From Hydrolagus affinis (taxonomy: Eukaryota): a DNA stretch of 60,290 nt. The DNA is taken from NCBI GenBank assembly GCA_012026655.1, contig JAAILG010001903.1, forward strand, positions 1-60,290. The letters run 5' to 3'. Shown in pieces: positions 12,501 to 27,500 of this stretch. Position 1 is the first letter of the stretch, and each line of letters begins with the position of its first letter. The position numbers and the translations under genes are program-made. The notes beneath the pieces are model-generated. The model made no database searches. It worked only from the letters and a program-made list of their open reading frames with translations, and was not told the origin of the DNA.

Positions 12501-15500
12501 AATGCAGCAGAGGATAACACTAGAAATACTACAAGATATGAATTATTTATAAAGATTTGAACTGAAAATTCACTGAAGTAAAACATTTAAATAGTTATTT
12601 TTACATATTGATACATAACAGCAAGAAGTACAGTTTATGAAGGGCTGACAATCAGTGGGGTGGTGGAAAAATTATTTTTAAATTAAAAATAGTTGAGTAC
12701 TATACAGGACACATGCTGGGTTATATATTGCAGTAAACGCCGTTTCACATATTACAGATGCTTACAGTTTGACATTGCAATGCTGCTACTTGGCAGGGCA
12801 TTGGGCTACTTGGCAGTGTTACTTTGGTTGGTTGGGATGGGTGGGAAGCGAGTCTGGATGCATTATAATAAATGTGGGAGGATTTTGAAGTTAAGCATTG
12901 GGGTTTAAGTTAACTATGCCCTTCATGAGTAGCCATGCACTATGTATTCTCCATCTAGGAAAGCTAAAGATGCAGCATAAGGACAATATTTATGGAAGCA
13001 AATACAGGCAGGGAGAAAAAAATCAATTACTCTACATCCAGAGATATTTCTGTGAAGCAATTTTAAAATCTACGTTACAAAAATAACACCACTTATTCCA
13101 AATTGGTTCACTTGGAAGAGAACTATTGTATATGCCAATTTTTTTTAAAAAAACAACACTAATAGAAAATAGTAATGAATCTTTATCAACTCATGTTTCT
13201 CAAGCCAATACGAATTGCTATTATGGTTCTAATTCTACTAATCCATGCAATTAATCATGCCCTATTAAGCAGCCCAGTTCATTATATCAGGTTCAAAGTT
13301 GTTTAAACAATATTGATCTTTCATTTGAACTGCAAATCCAATTCAAGGGAAGCTGGTACAATTGTTTTAGGATTAAACTGCAAGTAGCATCAAAGTAAAC
13401 ATCTTTTACTTCTATGTAATTCTACTCAGCACTAGAAAGAGCCAATGATTTAAGGGTTTGAGATTGTACAAAATCTGAACAAGAGTAAATTAAATCATAT
13501 TGGCCAATAATGTATAATTTACAAAACAAACTAATTTTACTGTAACTATAATTCAATTCACCAGCAACAGAGTTGCAGCCTATATGGCTTGGTGAGGAGA
13601 CACTTCAATGGGCATCAACTCTGATCTAGTTTTACTTAGAGGGTTAACCTTAGCGATGACAGTTGCGAATTACTGAGAGACAGATGAGCTAGTCTAATGT
13701 TGGCAGGCTTTCCCTCCAGGCCTGGATAGCAATATACTGTCAGGTATCTAACTGCTTTTATAAGCAGCATTCCTTACCCGACTAAGGCCCATGTGATAAC
13801 TGCTCTTCTCCAAATCCAGGGACTCCAGAAGCTCCTCCACTGCCTAAAAGTGAAAAATACACATGGTAAACAAACATTATAAAAAATCCAAAAGATTTCC
13901 CTTGAATCAAAAGTTATTCTGATAACATGCATAACTCTATATGACTGAATTATACAACTATACAATTTGAGGTTTAAATCTCATTCACACTGTTGCTTGC
14001 CATAATATGGTGGAACTTCACCACCGACACTCTTCACCATTGAATATGGCATGACTACCAATTTGCTTTTATAATTAGGTCCAAGAGTATAATTTATAAG
14101 ATTACAATATGTAAAAGATGAAAAAAAACATTTTTGAAAAAAAATACTGACACTAATAATATAATGAATAATTCTAACATAATGAGTCTTTATACGTGAC
14201 ATTTACAATACAACCTACAGAGTAATATTTAATAGCAGCACAGCTTTGAACTTTAGTTTTCCAAAGAGTTGCTAAGTACAACTGAAGAATGCTATAATTG
14301 GGTTTCCCTGTGTGTGAGAGAGTGTCTGCATCTATATCTATTTGTGTGCAAGCATGCGCTCACTCGTCAACATACGTTGATGGTGTTTCATTCACGTATA
14401 CTGTATATATATCAAAGAAAAAATAGAATTTTGCTTAAATGTAAACAGCAATTAAACTCATGCTTACAGTCAAAACACTTCAACCATAACACCTCCATGT
14501 GAAAAGATCAATACTGTTGTAGTTGTGATCCAACAGCGAGAAAGTCTGAAGCACCTATGTGAATCAAGGCTTTGTCTTTTGGGTTGTATGCAACAGTTTT
14601 TCAGTGTGTTCCCACTATTCCACTATAAACGGAAGGTTAATAAACAGCATACTAAAGAGGCTTTTGTTTCACATGGTTGCCACAGTGATTGCTTCACCAC
14701 GAGGCAAGCACTGCCTTATATGGAGAGGTGCCCTTTGTGTATAATGTTTCAATGGAACTGTTACTGTTCCCAATATTGTGACTAGCATCAGGAAGAAACT
14801 TTGAGAATCAATCAACTTGTCGCAAAAAAAGGGCACCACAGTGATATTGGTCAAAGTTTGCAGGCAAGAATTTCAATGCAATACCATTTGCTATTTTTCA
14901 GATCAGTATTAAATTGGTGAAGTTAGGTTTCTGACATGATCACTTGTGTCAATGTACTTCAGTTTTCTGATGCTGTGTAATAGTACACAATCTGTTGCCA
15001 TATTTCTGTCTATAGTTGATTGAGAATTTTTTAACTATGGAAAAATAGAAGCAATGCATTTTATTGAATTATACAAAGCAGAGAATTAATCAACATAACT
15101 TAATCTAAATGGTCTCCTGAAATCCTTTTATCCTAGCAGTAATCTGACACTTCTGGCTTACAATGGGTCAAACTGAATATGATGTTGGTGTTTTATGCAA
15201 AAGGTTGTTTCAAGTCAGTACCTGACTGGAGATATTAAATTATCTGCTTACACATGATTAAACTTTTGGTTTACAGGTTAAATCTATATCTGCTTCATAA
15301 TAACTGTTTATTAATTATTTGAAAGACTAAATTTATTTTTTAGTGTGAAAGACATCACAAGATCACAAGAGGTTTGGATAAAGAAGGCGCTTTGGCGCAT
15401 GGGTTCTCATCCTTCCAGCTTGCTCACACTAGCTCTTTGTTACAGCTAGGATCCTTTTTGTAATGACATTGCACATTGTTGAAACTGAGTAGAAGTTGAA

Positions 15501-18500
15501 TAGCTCCACTTTTCTGGCTTGTGATGTTTGCAATCACATTTTAAAACACACACAATACTAAAACTACCACCTGAAGCACACGTTCAGCTTCAGAAAATAT
15601 TCTGATTGGCTATCTATTATAAATACTGAAGCAAACATCTAATTATTTATTTAATAATAGGTACAATAAAAAATGACATTTTTACTAGATTCCACAGCTT
15701 CAACCACTTAACAATTTTTTTTCCCTTCTTTCAGTTCCCGAGAGCTACTTATATTATTTTGCAGCCAAGAGATCATAGAAGACAACCTGACATAGGCCGC
15801 TGCCAACACAAGCCTGCATTAGTTTGTACATAAGAATAGTGCACAAACACAATTTGGATTGACTTAGGTTTTCGTGTTCAAGCATAATTTTAAATAGAAA
15901 TTCTCAATTTAAACTTGAATTGGAAGGTCTCGGCCAAAAAGCTGAGAAGCTGTCTCAGGCTTGACTACGTGTCTGATGAAAATCAGGCAATTGAATAGTA
16001 ATTTAATATGCCTAGTGAATAATTTGAATCTGGAAAGTCAAAAGTATAAATTGTGATTCACAGTGAAATACAATGAAAGCCATAGTACAAAAAAGTATTT
16101 CTTAGTACTGACCCATGTTCTAGTATACTTTTTTCAATCTATTCCCATCTATTGCACATGAAATGTAATTTCAAAAAATCTTTTGGATACATATAATTTA
16201 ATGAGTTAGGAGGATACAGTAGTAAATTATTTTCCTAAAATGCAGGAACAAAGAAATTATATAGATATTAAAAAAACACTTGAGCACGTATTTAACCAAT
16301 TCTAATACAGTAGAAGCCCATTTATCCGTGACTCGATGAACCGGCACTTCCGTATAACCGACACGCCAAAAAAAAGTCCTCATTCGATAAACCGGAATCT
16401 ATTTGGTACAATAGTGGTGGAGCATTTGTAAATGCATAAATAATAACATAATAACAGAATATTGTATTGGTACTTATTGTTAAAACTACTCTCTTGCGCT
16501 TCTCACCTTTGATGCTGAGCTTGTAGCCATGATGCTGCAGTTGAGGTTTATAGTCCAGTGATTCTTTTTAAAATGGAGTTCGCCAAGCGGGTGAAAAAAA
16601 CGGAGCGCGATTTTAAAGCCATACTAGCGGCAAGCCAATAACGCTAGCTGATAACCCACATTGTCGCGCAGGTGCAGTATTCGGTTTGCCGCTAGTAGAA
16701 TCTAGGGCTATTGGCTTGCCGCTAGTAAAGTTGCACGACTTTAAAATCGCGCTGCCATTTTATTCACCCGCTTGGCGTCCTGCATTTAAAAAAGAATCGC
16801 TGGACTGTAAACCTCAATCAGTAAATGTGAGAAGTGCAAGAGAGTAGTTTTAGCAATAAGTACCAATACAATATTCTGTTATTATTTAGTCTGGTGTGTG
16901 TTAAAAGAACTTCAATTTTTTTGTTGTGGGTTTTCAACGACGGGCCGCCTGAATATCCGGCAGGCGCTTTCCAGCATTGGCTAGGTCCCGCGGGTGCCGG
17001 ATAAACGGGCTTTTACTGAACATCAATTTAATGTGAAATAATCTTTCACTTGGCAAGATTTGGTGGAAAATAAGCCTCAACATTTTTGTGCTCTATAATG
17101 CTGCTTTAAAAATTGATTATTAAATGATAAACTTTGGGACAAAACACAAATTGAGTTCAACAATTGCAATTTTTTTCCTCTTGTGCCACATACTATTTTT
17201 TAACACTGATTTTAAGCTAGCCATATGCTAACACTCCTTTCCCAACAGCAACCTGGCTAATGCAGTAATTCAGGGTAAAGTTACTCAGTAACTGGCCCTT
17301 TCCAGGCCAGAAACATTTACTCAGTGCCTTCTCTGATCTTGCGCCTGAGACTGGAGAATTATTGGGGAGAACTCGTACCTTACTGCACCATGCACAGCAG
17401 ATTTCTGATAGAATGTAGTGTCTCTTTGAGTTAACTCACCCGTTTTTCATCTGTGACAATGTAATTGCGCCCATGTTTCTTGGTTAGATGCGGTGCAAGG
17501 ACATCAAAGCGGCGCCTGAACTCAGAAAAGACCATGTGATCCGGATAACCTATAGATCACAATTTTAAAAACATATTAGTTATCTTGTTTTAATATTGAG
17601 ATTCTTATTTATTTCAAAGATTACAACCCCCCACCAAAACAAGAATATTTGTTTTGATAGCCTCCAATATGATTAAACAAGATAATGTCTAAGGAAATAT
17701 TCTAGGTCAAAAGGGAAAATAAATTCAATATGATATTTAGATAATTATTTGGGGAGGACAAGTTTGCTGGGCTATGGGGAGAGCAGGATTAATTTGGAAA
17801 GCTCTTTTAAAAGATCCGGTACAGACAAGATGGGCCGAATGACTTCCTTCGGTGCTATATAATTCTATGACATAATTCTTGACCCAACAACTATAAGTTG
17901 AAAATATTTGGAAAGGTCTTCTCTTCAACCTGAAAAATGAACATTTTCTACTGCCAGAGAAGCCTAATAGAGAATCATAATATTGAGTCCTGCAGCCAAG
18001 AAAAAAAGCAAAGGCAAGCATGTTTCTCAGTTCCACATGCCGATACAATTAAAACCTCTAGCACTTCCTGAGGGTGAAGTCCGCAGAGAGCGAGTCAATC
18101 CATGTCACTCTCACGTCTCCTAGCAACCAGTTTACGATTGGCACTGTATCAAGAGACTGTGGAGAAAGTAGTGACATGTCTACTACCCTTGACTAGAATA
18201 TTATCATTAGTGTGGAAATAATCAGAGGACAGAAATGTGTTTTCAAAAATAGTATGCATTGAAAGATTAGTGCTTTTTTGGTTTTTCACACTGCATTATT
18301 TGTTCCACAAAAAAGACGATATATAGTCAATTCTTTTTACAGTATATCCTGTGAAGTGTTTTGTGACATCTCAACGATGTGATAAGGCAGCTATATCAAA
18401 TGCAAGCATTATTTGAAAATTAACAAATTCAATATCCATTCACTCATTTAAAAAAAACGTATATATTGCATTGAATCTTCGTCTATTAATTTGAGAAGAA

Positions 18501-21500
18501 TCTATGTTTTATTCTGTCCTCATATTAAGTTAAATATTTAACCTTCTTGCTTCTGAAATAATAATACTGTAATAATTCTTGCATTTGATATAGCGCCTTA
18601 TCAAGTCTTCTCAAAGCACGGAATGTACTGTAAAGTGAATTGACCGTGTTTTGTGGGCTCGAAACGTGGGCAGATCTTCCATGCAATGCACCAATCCATT
18701 CACAACAGGATTGACAGGTCACCTGATTCCAGGCATCTGCCAACACCATTCTTCAGGAAACTGTTATGAGGTGCATGGAAACAGATTGCAGAGGCACACT
18801 GTGGGGAAGATAACAGCTTCAGTTTTGTACCTCTACTTGACTGCATAAGCATACTGGGATCTTGGGCAAGAGTTAGTATCCTATAATCATGCCTCTAAAT
18901 GCTACTGCACCATTGGTTCAGTGTTCTTTTAATACATGGTACAATAGCAAATAGAGAACAACAGACAACAAAATATGTTTGGCTAATCTATAAAAAGATG
19001 AAACTAAACAAGCTGCACATTATCAGGCCAAAATTCGTTGTTCATACAAAACTGATAGTCTGTATAACTAATTAGGTTGTCAGGATTCAAATTTAACTTG
19101 TTAGCAAGTCCAAAACTAAGAAGTGGGCGGGGGGGGGGGGTGGTCTCATGTAGGGCATAAATACTGGCCCTGTTGTATCATTCTATGTAATTCTAGATGG
19201 ATATGTGTGCTCACGTAATCCGGCAAAGGTGAAAACAAGATGTTTTAGTGATGGTAGATATGGTATTCATCAGTTTGCTCATTTTATGAGCAGAGTACAT
19301 GCTGACATGTCCTACATCATATACCTACGATACATAATAGATACCTCAAACAATGAGGAATTACACCTGCATTACCTTGCAAATCTATTCATCACTATGA
19401 CTGTACACTTAGAATAGCTCAGCTATTGACATTAAATATTTATTATCAGTATTATTTCTGTTAGAGATAAAAATCATAAAACGTTCCACGGGCATGTAAA
19501 AAAATTCATAAAGTAACACTTCCTTGAACACAACAACAACAGTGACAACAACAAAGTTACACTTGTAACCTTCCACGTCAGAGGACATCCCAAGACGCTG
19601 GACAGTCATTGTTTCAGACCCAAGCTGATATTTAAACACAATATTTAATATTTAACAGGAAAACCAATGCCTTATAATTATTGGAATTGTACACAGTGGT
19701 ACTGTATATAGTTCTCTAAACTAGTATTCAAAACCCCAAGAGGATCGAGCAGTATTTTATAACCATAATAATACTTGCATTTCACAAAGCAACTTATCAC
19801 TTTGAGATATCTCAAAGCACTTTTATTGGGTATAGTGTAAAGTGGAGTAACTGTGTATTTTGTGACCAAAACACAGCAGCCAAGATAGGCACAGTGACAT
19901 CCCACAAATAGCCATGAAGATTGCAGACTAGCAAAATTCCATTCTCCTACACTATTACTTCTCTTTTAGAACAGTGCCATGTGATCTTTAAAAACCACAT
20001 GAACAGGCAAACAGGTCCTCAGTTTTAAACGTCTCATCTGAAGAACAGCCCCTCCGACAAGGCAACACACTTTATTGGAGTATCGTCTTAGATTATGTGA
20101 TTCAAAGTTGAATCACATAATCTAACTGCTTGAACTCACAACTTTCTGACTCAGAGCCGAGAGTGTTAAATTGAGCCTGGTTGACAACTACAAAAACAGG
20201 GCCTATGACACTTTGTTTTCCTAATTATAACCCCATAATAAATCCTTGCAACATAATCAAAAATAGATTTTAAATGGTTTAAACCTACCTTGTCTGTATA
20301 TTCTAAGGGCATCAAGAAGTTTGCAGCCCCTAATCTGGGCTCGAAGCAGTGGTACATTCAACTGCATCAGACCTGCCTCCATGTTCTCTGCCTGTGACTC
20401 TGTATCAGTGGCTCCAGTCTTCAGAGGGGGAGTTGGAGACACCTTTGTTTCAATAAAGGCATCTGCTTTGGGTACCAAACAGTGGACAAAATGGATCTTT
20501 GACTTCTTAACTGTATCAATCAGAGCATCCTGTCCAAAAACAAATGCAAAATAACTGAATTATCTTGATAAATGCATTCAAATGTTTCACCTTGCGAAAA
20601 ACCTCTACATTGTTAAAAGCACCAAATTATTTGGTAAATTATACCGCACATGTTCAGTTGTTAGAAAAATATTTTTAGCATGCATCATTCGTCAAGTCAA
20701 CATGTGAAAGATACGCAATTCTGCACTTTGGGATTTTGTTCAAAAATAACTTTTCATATGCTCATTGAGGTGAGGAGTAATAGTGTAGGAGAATGAAATT
20801 TTGCTGTTGAATTCAGAATGAATAATTTGGGCAGGTGTGATAAATAACCTGTAGCACAGAGCTCTATTTCTTTTCTTTAAGATATTTTTACCTAATTTAT
20901 TCACATACTAACCACTTGGAGTTTGATCTGGATACAAGACGATTTCTTCTTCACAGCAGCCACACCAGTGGTGAAAGTCTTTCGCATACTAGTGGCCCTT
21001 CGTAAGGTAAGCTGTGACCCACCATCTAGCCCAGCAATAGACCCAGACAGTACAGTAGCTGATCCGGCCCTGCCCATAAATAGATTGCTGATCATTTTCC
21101 TAGGGGAGAAAATAAATATTGCTCCATATTATACAATAAGGTAAAAAGGAAAGAATGAACTCTTCCTGCATTTACACACAATAATAATAATCCTTGCATT
21201 TGATGTAGCGCCTTATCACATCTTTGAGACGTCTCAAAACACTTCACATTTTGTGGGAAAAATGTGGCAGCCAATTGCGCACAGCAGTGTCACACAAACA
21301 GTGTGGATTGAGTGACCAATTTATATCACAAGCCATTCCTTGCAATTCAAACTAGTATAAAAATCTTACGTTTTAAAAATACGAGTCTTATAAAAAAATG
21401 GCTCTTCTTACTTCTGGGAATCCTGCAATAAGGAAGCAGCATTCTGAGCAGCAGGGTTTTGCTTAGCATGGTTCAACCATCCTGTTGTGTCATACTCCAC

Positions 21501-24500
21501 CCAGTTAGTATTGTGACTGTGACCAAGGATGAAGTGATGAGGTTTGTTGCTTTTCAACAATGGACTCTGGCCTGTAAAAAAAAAGTTTAGTTTCCTACAG
21601 TGTCCTTCTCCACCATAATTAAATCTCAATAGAATAATGGTTCAGCAGAAAGAGGACACCACGTGGTGCATTCATACTGAAAGATTTATTTTTAAAGAAT
21701 CAATTTACATAATAGAGTTTGAAACAAATACGAGCTGAATTTTGTTCCACATCCTTCGTAGTAAATGGTACTTTACCTTTCTTGTCTCCTTCCTGCGGTC
21801 CATAGTATGTAAACAGTCGTTCTAAAAGAGTGTTCTCACTACCCCCAGGCTGCAGAGCTTCTTCCTCTAACAGCCAAAGCAAACCTCTTGCTTCATCTGT
21901 TCTGGCCAGCGTTCGAACCTACCAGAAATAGAGCAAAACTAACATCATCGTTTCTGCTGTCTGTTTTGTGAGGAATTCAGCGGTTTCCAATTACTTAATA
22001 ATGTTGCTGAAATATAGGCTTAGCAACTCTAGAGAAGGGCAACCCTTTCACTCATCATCTCTCCTTATGATGCAAAGTATATGTCAGTGTATTAACAACA
22101 TTTAAATAAACAGGCACCAGTAATTGTAAAACTTGCTAGATTAATAATAGTAAGAGGTAATAGCACATAGGTTCTTCTTTTTTCATCCCAGTGGCATCAG
22201 CCTCAGTGAGATCTATTGATGCATTATTTAACCACACCATTTAAGGTGCTCTTCAATAAGTGACTGAGTATATGTTATCAGTAGGCAAAAGTTGGTTTCT
22301 GCAAAAGCTTTCTGTGCTCATTGGAGCAAGTGCTGATTCAATGATGTGGAAAATAAAATGTGCTTACTTAGCAATCGAATGGCCAATAAAGTAGTTAAAG
22401 ATTTTTTATTTAAAAAAAGGCTTAAAGTCCAGTATTTCACAAACAAAGCTAAAGGGATGGGATTAATTTGGACAGCACCCTCAAAGAGCTGGCTGGCATG
22501 CACATGATGGGCCGAATAGCCTCCTTCTGTGCTGTATAATTCTATGAAGACATACAACGTGTTGCATTAGTCTTACAAACCGATTCAAAATAAATTCAAA
22601 TAGAACTGATTCGAAGAAGCAGTTAGTGCTTGAATTATGCCCCCATTTCTTTTTTGGGCAATATCCAGAGCACTAGGAGAAAGTTGGGACCAAATCACAA
22701 TTCAATGTCTGAATCTAAGCATGCGTCATTCATTCAAAGTCATGATATGCTGTCTGTTTACAAGTTTTCCCTAAATTCTAGAAGAGATCTGGACATGATT
22801 GTTCAGCCCTCCTTCAGCTTCAAACAGTAGTCAGCATTCTTGATAGCTGCAGTTTACTTTGCTATGCTAGGTGCTGTTGCCCTAAAGGAATGGTGAAGAC
22901 CCATCTTACAATTTGGTGGTAAGTTGTACTGCGAATGTTACATCAGCAAATTATTAGCTATTTCTGAACAACCTCATTAGTTCAGCCTCATCAATTGTAT
23001 TCTACTGAGCAAGTTCAACACCCTCATATTTGTTGCTGCTGAAGTTTCAGATGCTACAGATTGATTCATTTCCTTATTGCTTAGCTCTTAAATCCTATTC
23101 TTCTCTAATGTTATTGTGTGACTCGTTGCCTCTCAAATGAATAAAACAGTTCTCATTCCCGCGTTGTAAACCGTAAACTAAATAAAGTTCAAAAAGGAAA
23201 TATGGACTATAATATCTCAAATAAGCAGAGAAGACATTCACGCAAGCTTACCATATCCTGAAAAGCAATTCAAGAGTATAAAATGTCAATAGAAGCAACT
23301 AGATACATAAAATTCAATATTTATATGCAAGGAGCAATGCGGCATACAATGTGTAATGCAGCTTTAAGTCTTCTTAAAATTATATTGCTAATTAAATTCA
23401 TTTGATTGAAACCTGTCTTAAAATTATACTGATATTATACTGATTATACTATACTGTATACTGATTATATTATATTGATAATCAAATTCATTTGATTGAA
23501 ACCTGTGAACATGGAAGGCAGAAAGGTGGGGGAGGGAGGGAAAGAAGGAAATGCATGTCAGAGACAAAAATAATGAGGCACAACAGTCACTATCAGTAAC
23601 CATTATTAAGGGGGCAAAAACTTGTTATGCTATTCAGTGATAGAGCAAGAGAAATCATACATTTTCCCTCTTGGGGAATAAATAAAGAAATAAATCTATT
23701 TATGTATGAGGCAATCTCCCCCCTACCTCCCCTCCCCATCCCTGAAAATAGTACAAATGTGATGGTGTAGTTCATGAATATGATTTCAGGATCAGTGACT
23801 ACAGAGAGATTTAATTTCAAAGATCATCACGCCTGAGTTTCTTACCAGTGCCTGATGAGAGGTTTGCTCTATGGCAGCTACAGAGAAAGAAGAACTGGAT
23901 TCTATGTCATCTAATGCAAGCTCTATGTTTTCCTAGAGGGGAAGAAGATAGATTAGTAGCTGCAATTCTGATTCAGGTTATGATTCCAGTCAATAGTTAA
24001 TTAGTACAGATTTGATGGGAAAAAATATACCTGCCAACATTTTGCCATTAATTACTTTGCATGTCAAGATGTCAGTGATGAACATTGCAAGCAAATTATT
24101 TTCCACAAAATTTAAAGTGAAACTTGTCAAAGGTTACAGAGGTTATCATTTTTATTATAAGACTAAGAAACTCTGAGAGCCTGGACTGGCTTAATGAAAT
24201 ACATAACAGTTAAATATAGATCAGTGGATCTTACAGCTAAGCGTAAAATCTTAGGTTAGCAATTATGTGCAAGTGCTGATTCTGCATACCATAATGCACT
24301 TTATTTTGTTTGCTTAAGTTTCCTGCAACAAACAGAATACCTCCTTATATCGATCCATCTCTTGCAGAAACGTTCGCTCGTAGAAGAGGATCTGTAGACG
24401 TTCCTGTGCATAATTATGGCAGAGTTCCTCAAACGTTCCAGCTCTGTTATGGTTTGTGCTCTGTGGATTTTGGAATCCAGGGGTGTCCACAATCATTATT

Positions 24501-27500
24501 GAGCAAAACGAGTGCAAAGTTGATTTAAGGGCCCTAATATGAATGAAGAGAAACACAAGCCGTAATAGAATTGACAATATGTTTTTAAAATAAACATTAT
24601 GCTTATAAATACATAATAATATAATAATCCTTGCATTTGATACAACACTTTTCACATCTTATCAACGTCTCAAAGTGCAAAGCCAATTGCGCACAGCAGT
24701 GTCCCACAAACAGTCATGTATTGAAATTATTAATTTTATTTTTGTGGTTTTTTGGAGGACGGATTATTATTAGGCGTGTAGAATAAGAAAACTTGCCCAA
24801 GGTTTCGCCCTAATCTGCCTGGATTCGAACACAGTCACACGCTTGTAAGGCGAGTGCTCTAACCACTGAGCTACAGGAGTTCTTGAAATTTAAAATATTT
24901 TTGTAAAGTTACACTAAACATCCATTAGGTAAACTTGCTGAAATGCCACAAGTCATGAAATGAATTGATATTTAACTGTTAAAAGAATATAATCTCAATA
25001 AAAATAAATCTTAGAATCATAGAATCTTACGGGACAAAAGGAGGCCATTCAGCCCATCGAGTCTGTGCCTGCTCTTTGAAAAGAGCAATTCAATTGCACT
25101 GCCCAGCTCTCTCCCCATAACCGGCAAACCCACCCTCCCCAAATAAACGTCTACCTCTCTTTTAAAAGTTGTTATTAAATTGGCCTCCACCACCTTTTCA
25201 GGCAATGCATTCTTACAACAGGAAATAAATTGGGAAGAGAGATATCAAAACTGAATGTATGTATTATCACACCTAAGGTAGAGGTTTCTGAGGAGCAAGG
25301 CACAAAACATTTTGTGCTTTTCCAAAAGAAGCAAATGTTTACTGAAAATACATGATGTAATTAATTATGCAACCAAAATACCATTACAAATAATCTAGGT
25401 TAAGGCAGAATGCTGCACTACATTTCTCAAACCATAAATTGTGAAAATATAATTACCACCTACACATGTGGCAACAGTTTCACCCTATCAATATCTATTT
25501 ATTTAAATGAACAATTATGGAAATAAACTGTTAAAAATGTGTTTGTATATTCTGCAGGTTTACGCTAAACATGCTTATTAAATACATCTGGCACATTTTG
25601 AAAACAATTGAAGAATTACCTGTTAATGAGTGAGATTAACAACATAAACAACTCTCCGTATAAACTGGATGCAATCCCCTGTAGACACTCCATCGCTGCT
25701 ATTTTAGGTCCTATTAAAGCACACATACGTCACCATAGAACTTGAAAGTAGCACATTGTACTTAAAAAACGCAGAGATACACAAGGTTATTTGTTGTCAT
25801 GAACATACATGTTGCATAAAGGTGGATTCATTATTATTATTATTATTCATTTCTTTGTGCAATTTACAATACACACAAGATATATTCGATGTACAAGATG
25901 CATTCAACTGCTGTAAATCTGCATTTTTTTCAGCCACTTTTAAAATGAGCAGCTTTGATAAAAATGAATATTTTGGAGGTGTTTTACCTTGGCCATCTCC
26001 CTGTCCACTCTCATCTGATCCTTGCCGGATGGAAGGTGATCTTGGCAGCGTGCCCTTTAGCTGGTGCTTGAAAATAGAGGAGGACAGTTCTTCCAGGCTG
26101 CAACCTAACAGGTAGGCTGCTTTCTGCGCCCATTCATGTCTGGCAAACTGCCTTCTCCCAGCTTAAAACACAAGTTTAGAGAGCAGTTTATGAATACAAA
26201 TGCAGTGCAATGTACGAAAAATATTCTTAAGACACTGTTTAAGCATTATTCTCATATCACTACATTAACTTATGATAATCCCAAAATTGGATTTATAACT
26301 CTGGCTTTAAAGCTGAATGATAACCTAATACTTGGTTTGTACTGTACTTCTCATAGCAATTCACCGTGAAAAGCCCAGTAAACAGTGTTGAGAAGTGCTG
26401 TGTGAATGTAACTCAGACTGGAAGCTGGCTTCCATGATTACTTTAAGAGTGGCTTTTTGGGCACACCAATTTATACCTGTGAAATATAATTACAAATTGT
26501 GTGAATCAATTCACTTCCATTCAGTAATAGCCCGACTGGAAATTTGGGATCAATATTTAATGCTGCTAAAGAGATGGTTGCGTAACTGGTTCTTTAATAC
26601 AATTAAACCGCACAGAGCTTGTGCATTTAGTTGTCCTTGGACAGAATCTTCTTAAGCGCTGGACAACGTGATAAGGAATGGATAGTATAAAAGAGACTCT
26701 CCATTCCTCATTTACAGTGTTTCACTAACAGTAGCATAAACAAACAAAGCATCAGATATCAGCATTGAATTCCTAGTTCTGGCTAACATTTGCAATTAGG
26801 CTTTCCTTACAATTTGACAATTTTAAGCAAGCTGTTCAAAAGAAGGATAGAGGGAAAATTAGTCCTGCCCAAATCACATTCCCTTTTATCCACATAATCT
26901 CTTTGTCCAGAAATTTTCAACAAATATATAAATATATATATAAATATCTAGAATCTGTACTGTAAAGTCTAAACTGAGATTAAATTGTTACAAACTATTT
27001 TCTCCAAATCGATACTTGCATATATACTTACACATATATAAATGTACATAAAATATTGAATGGGAATTTTTTTTCCATAAGACACACAGAGGTAACTGGA
27101 TTTTCTGAAACTTTTCATCATATCTGCCTCATAACAGAGAATACTTTTCTCATGTTGGAAATGCCATTTTGTTTCATAGTTGTGAAATTAGGGGAAAAAA
27201 GCAATGTTGCAATTCTTTAAGTCAAACAATTAATGCCCTGTTTATATTGCTCGAACACGGAATGGTTGAACGTTATGGAACAAGAAACCTGACTTACTTT
27301 CCTTGCTTGTGATTAAGGAAGCTTCTATCTATTTGCAATTAAATATGTGGACTGCCACTAGCCAGTTTTGTATTACTAAAAAGCCTCCCACATGACTATC
27401 TGCCCAACAATAAATACTATTGGCCAGACATTAGCATGAACTTGCATCTTCAGGGTTGGTGGAGGAGGGAAAAAGATGGAAGGAACGTGAAAAGCAAGAC

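Noticed and set aside
19125-19144. Poly-G run, possible G-quadruplex
   Set aside because: Simple homopolymer with unreliable length and no supporting context.
23394-23506. Repeat-spacer-like pattern suggesting CRISPR
   Set aside because: Only two repeat copies with a minisatellite between them, in a eukaryotic intron with no cas genes.
27298-27447. 150-nt exon using the strong pyrimidine tract at about 27450-27495 and the 27298 donor
   Set aside because: Length is a multiple of 3, but the required phase gives TAA at codon 6. It cannot be coding and is at most a poison variant.
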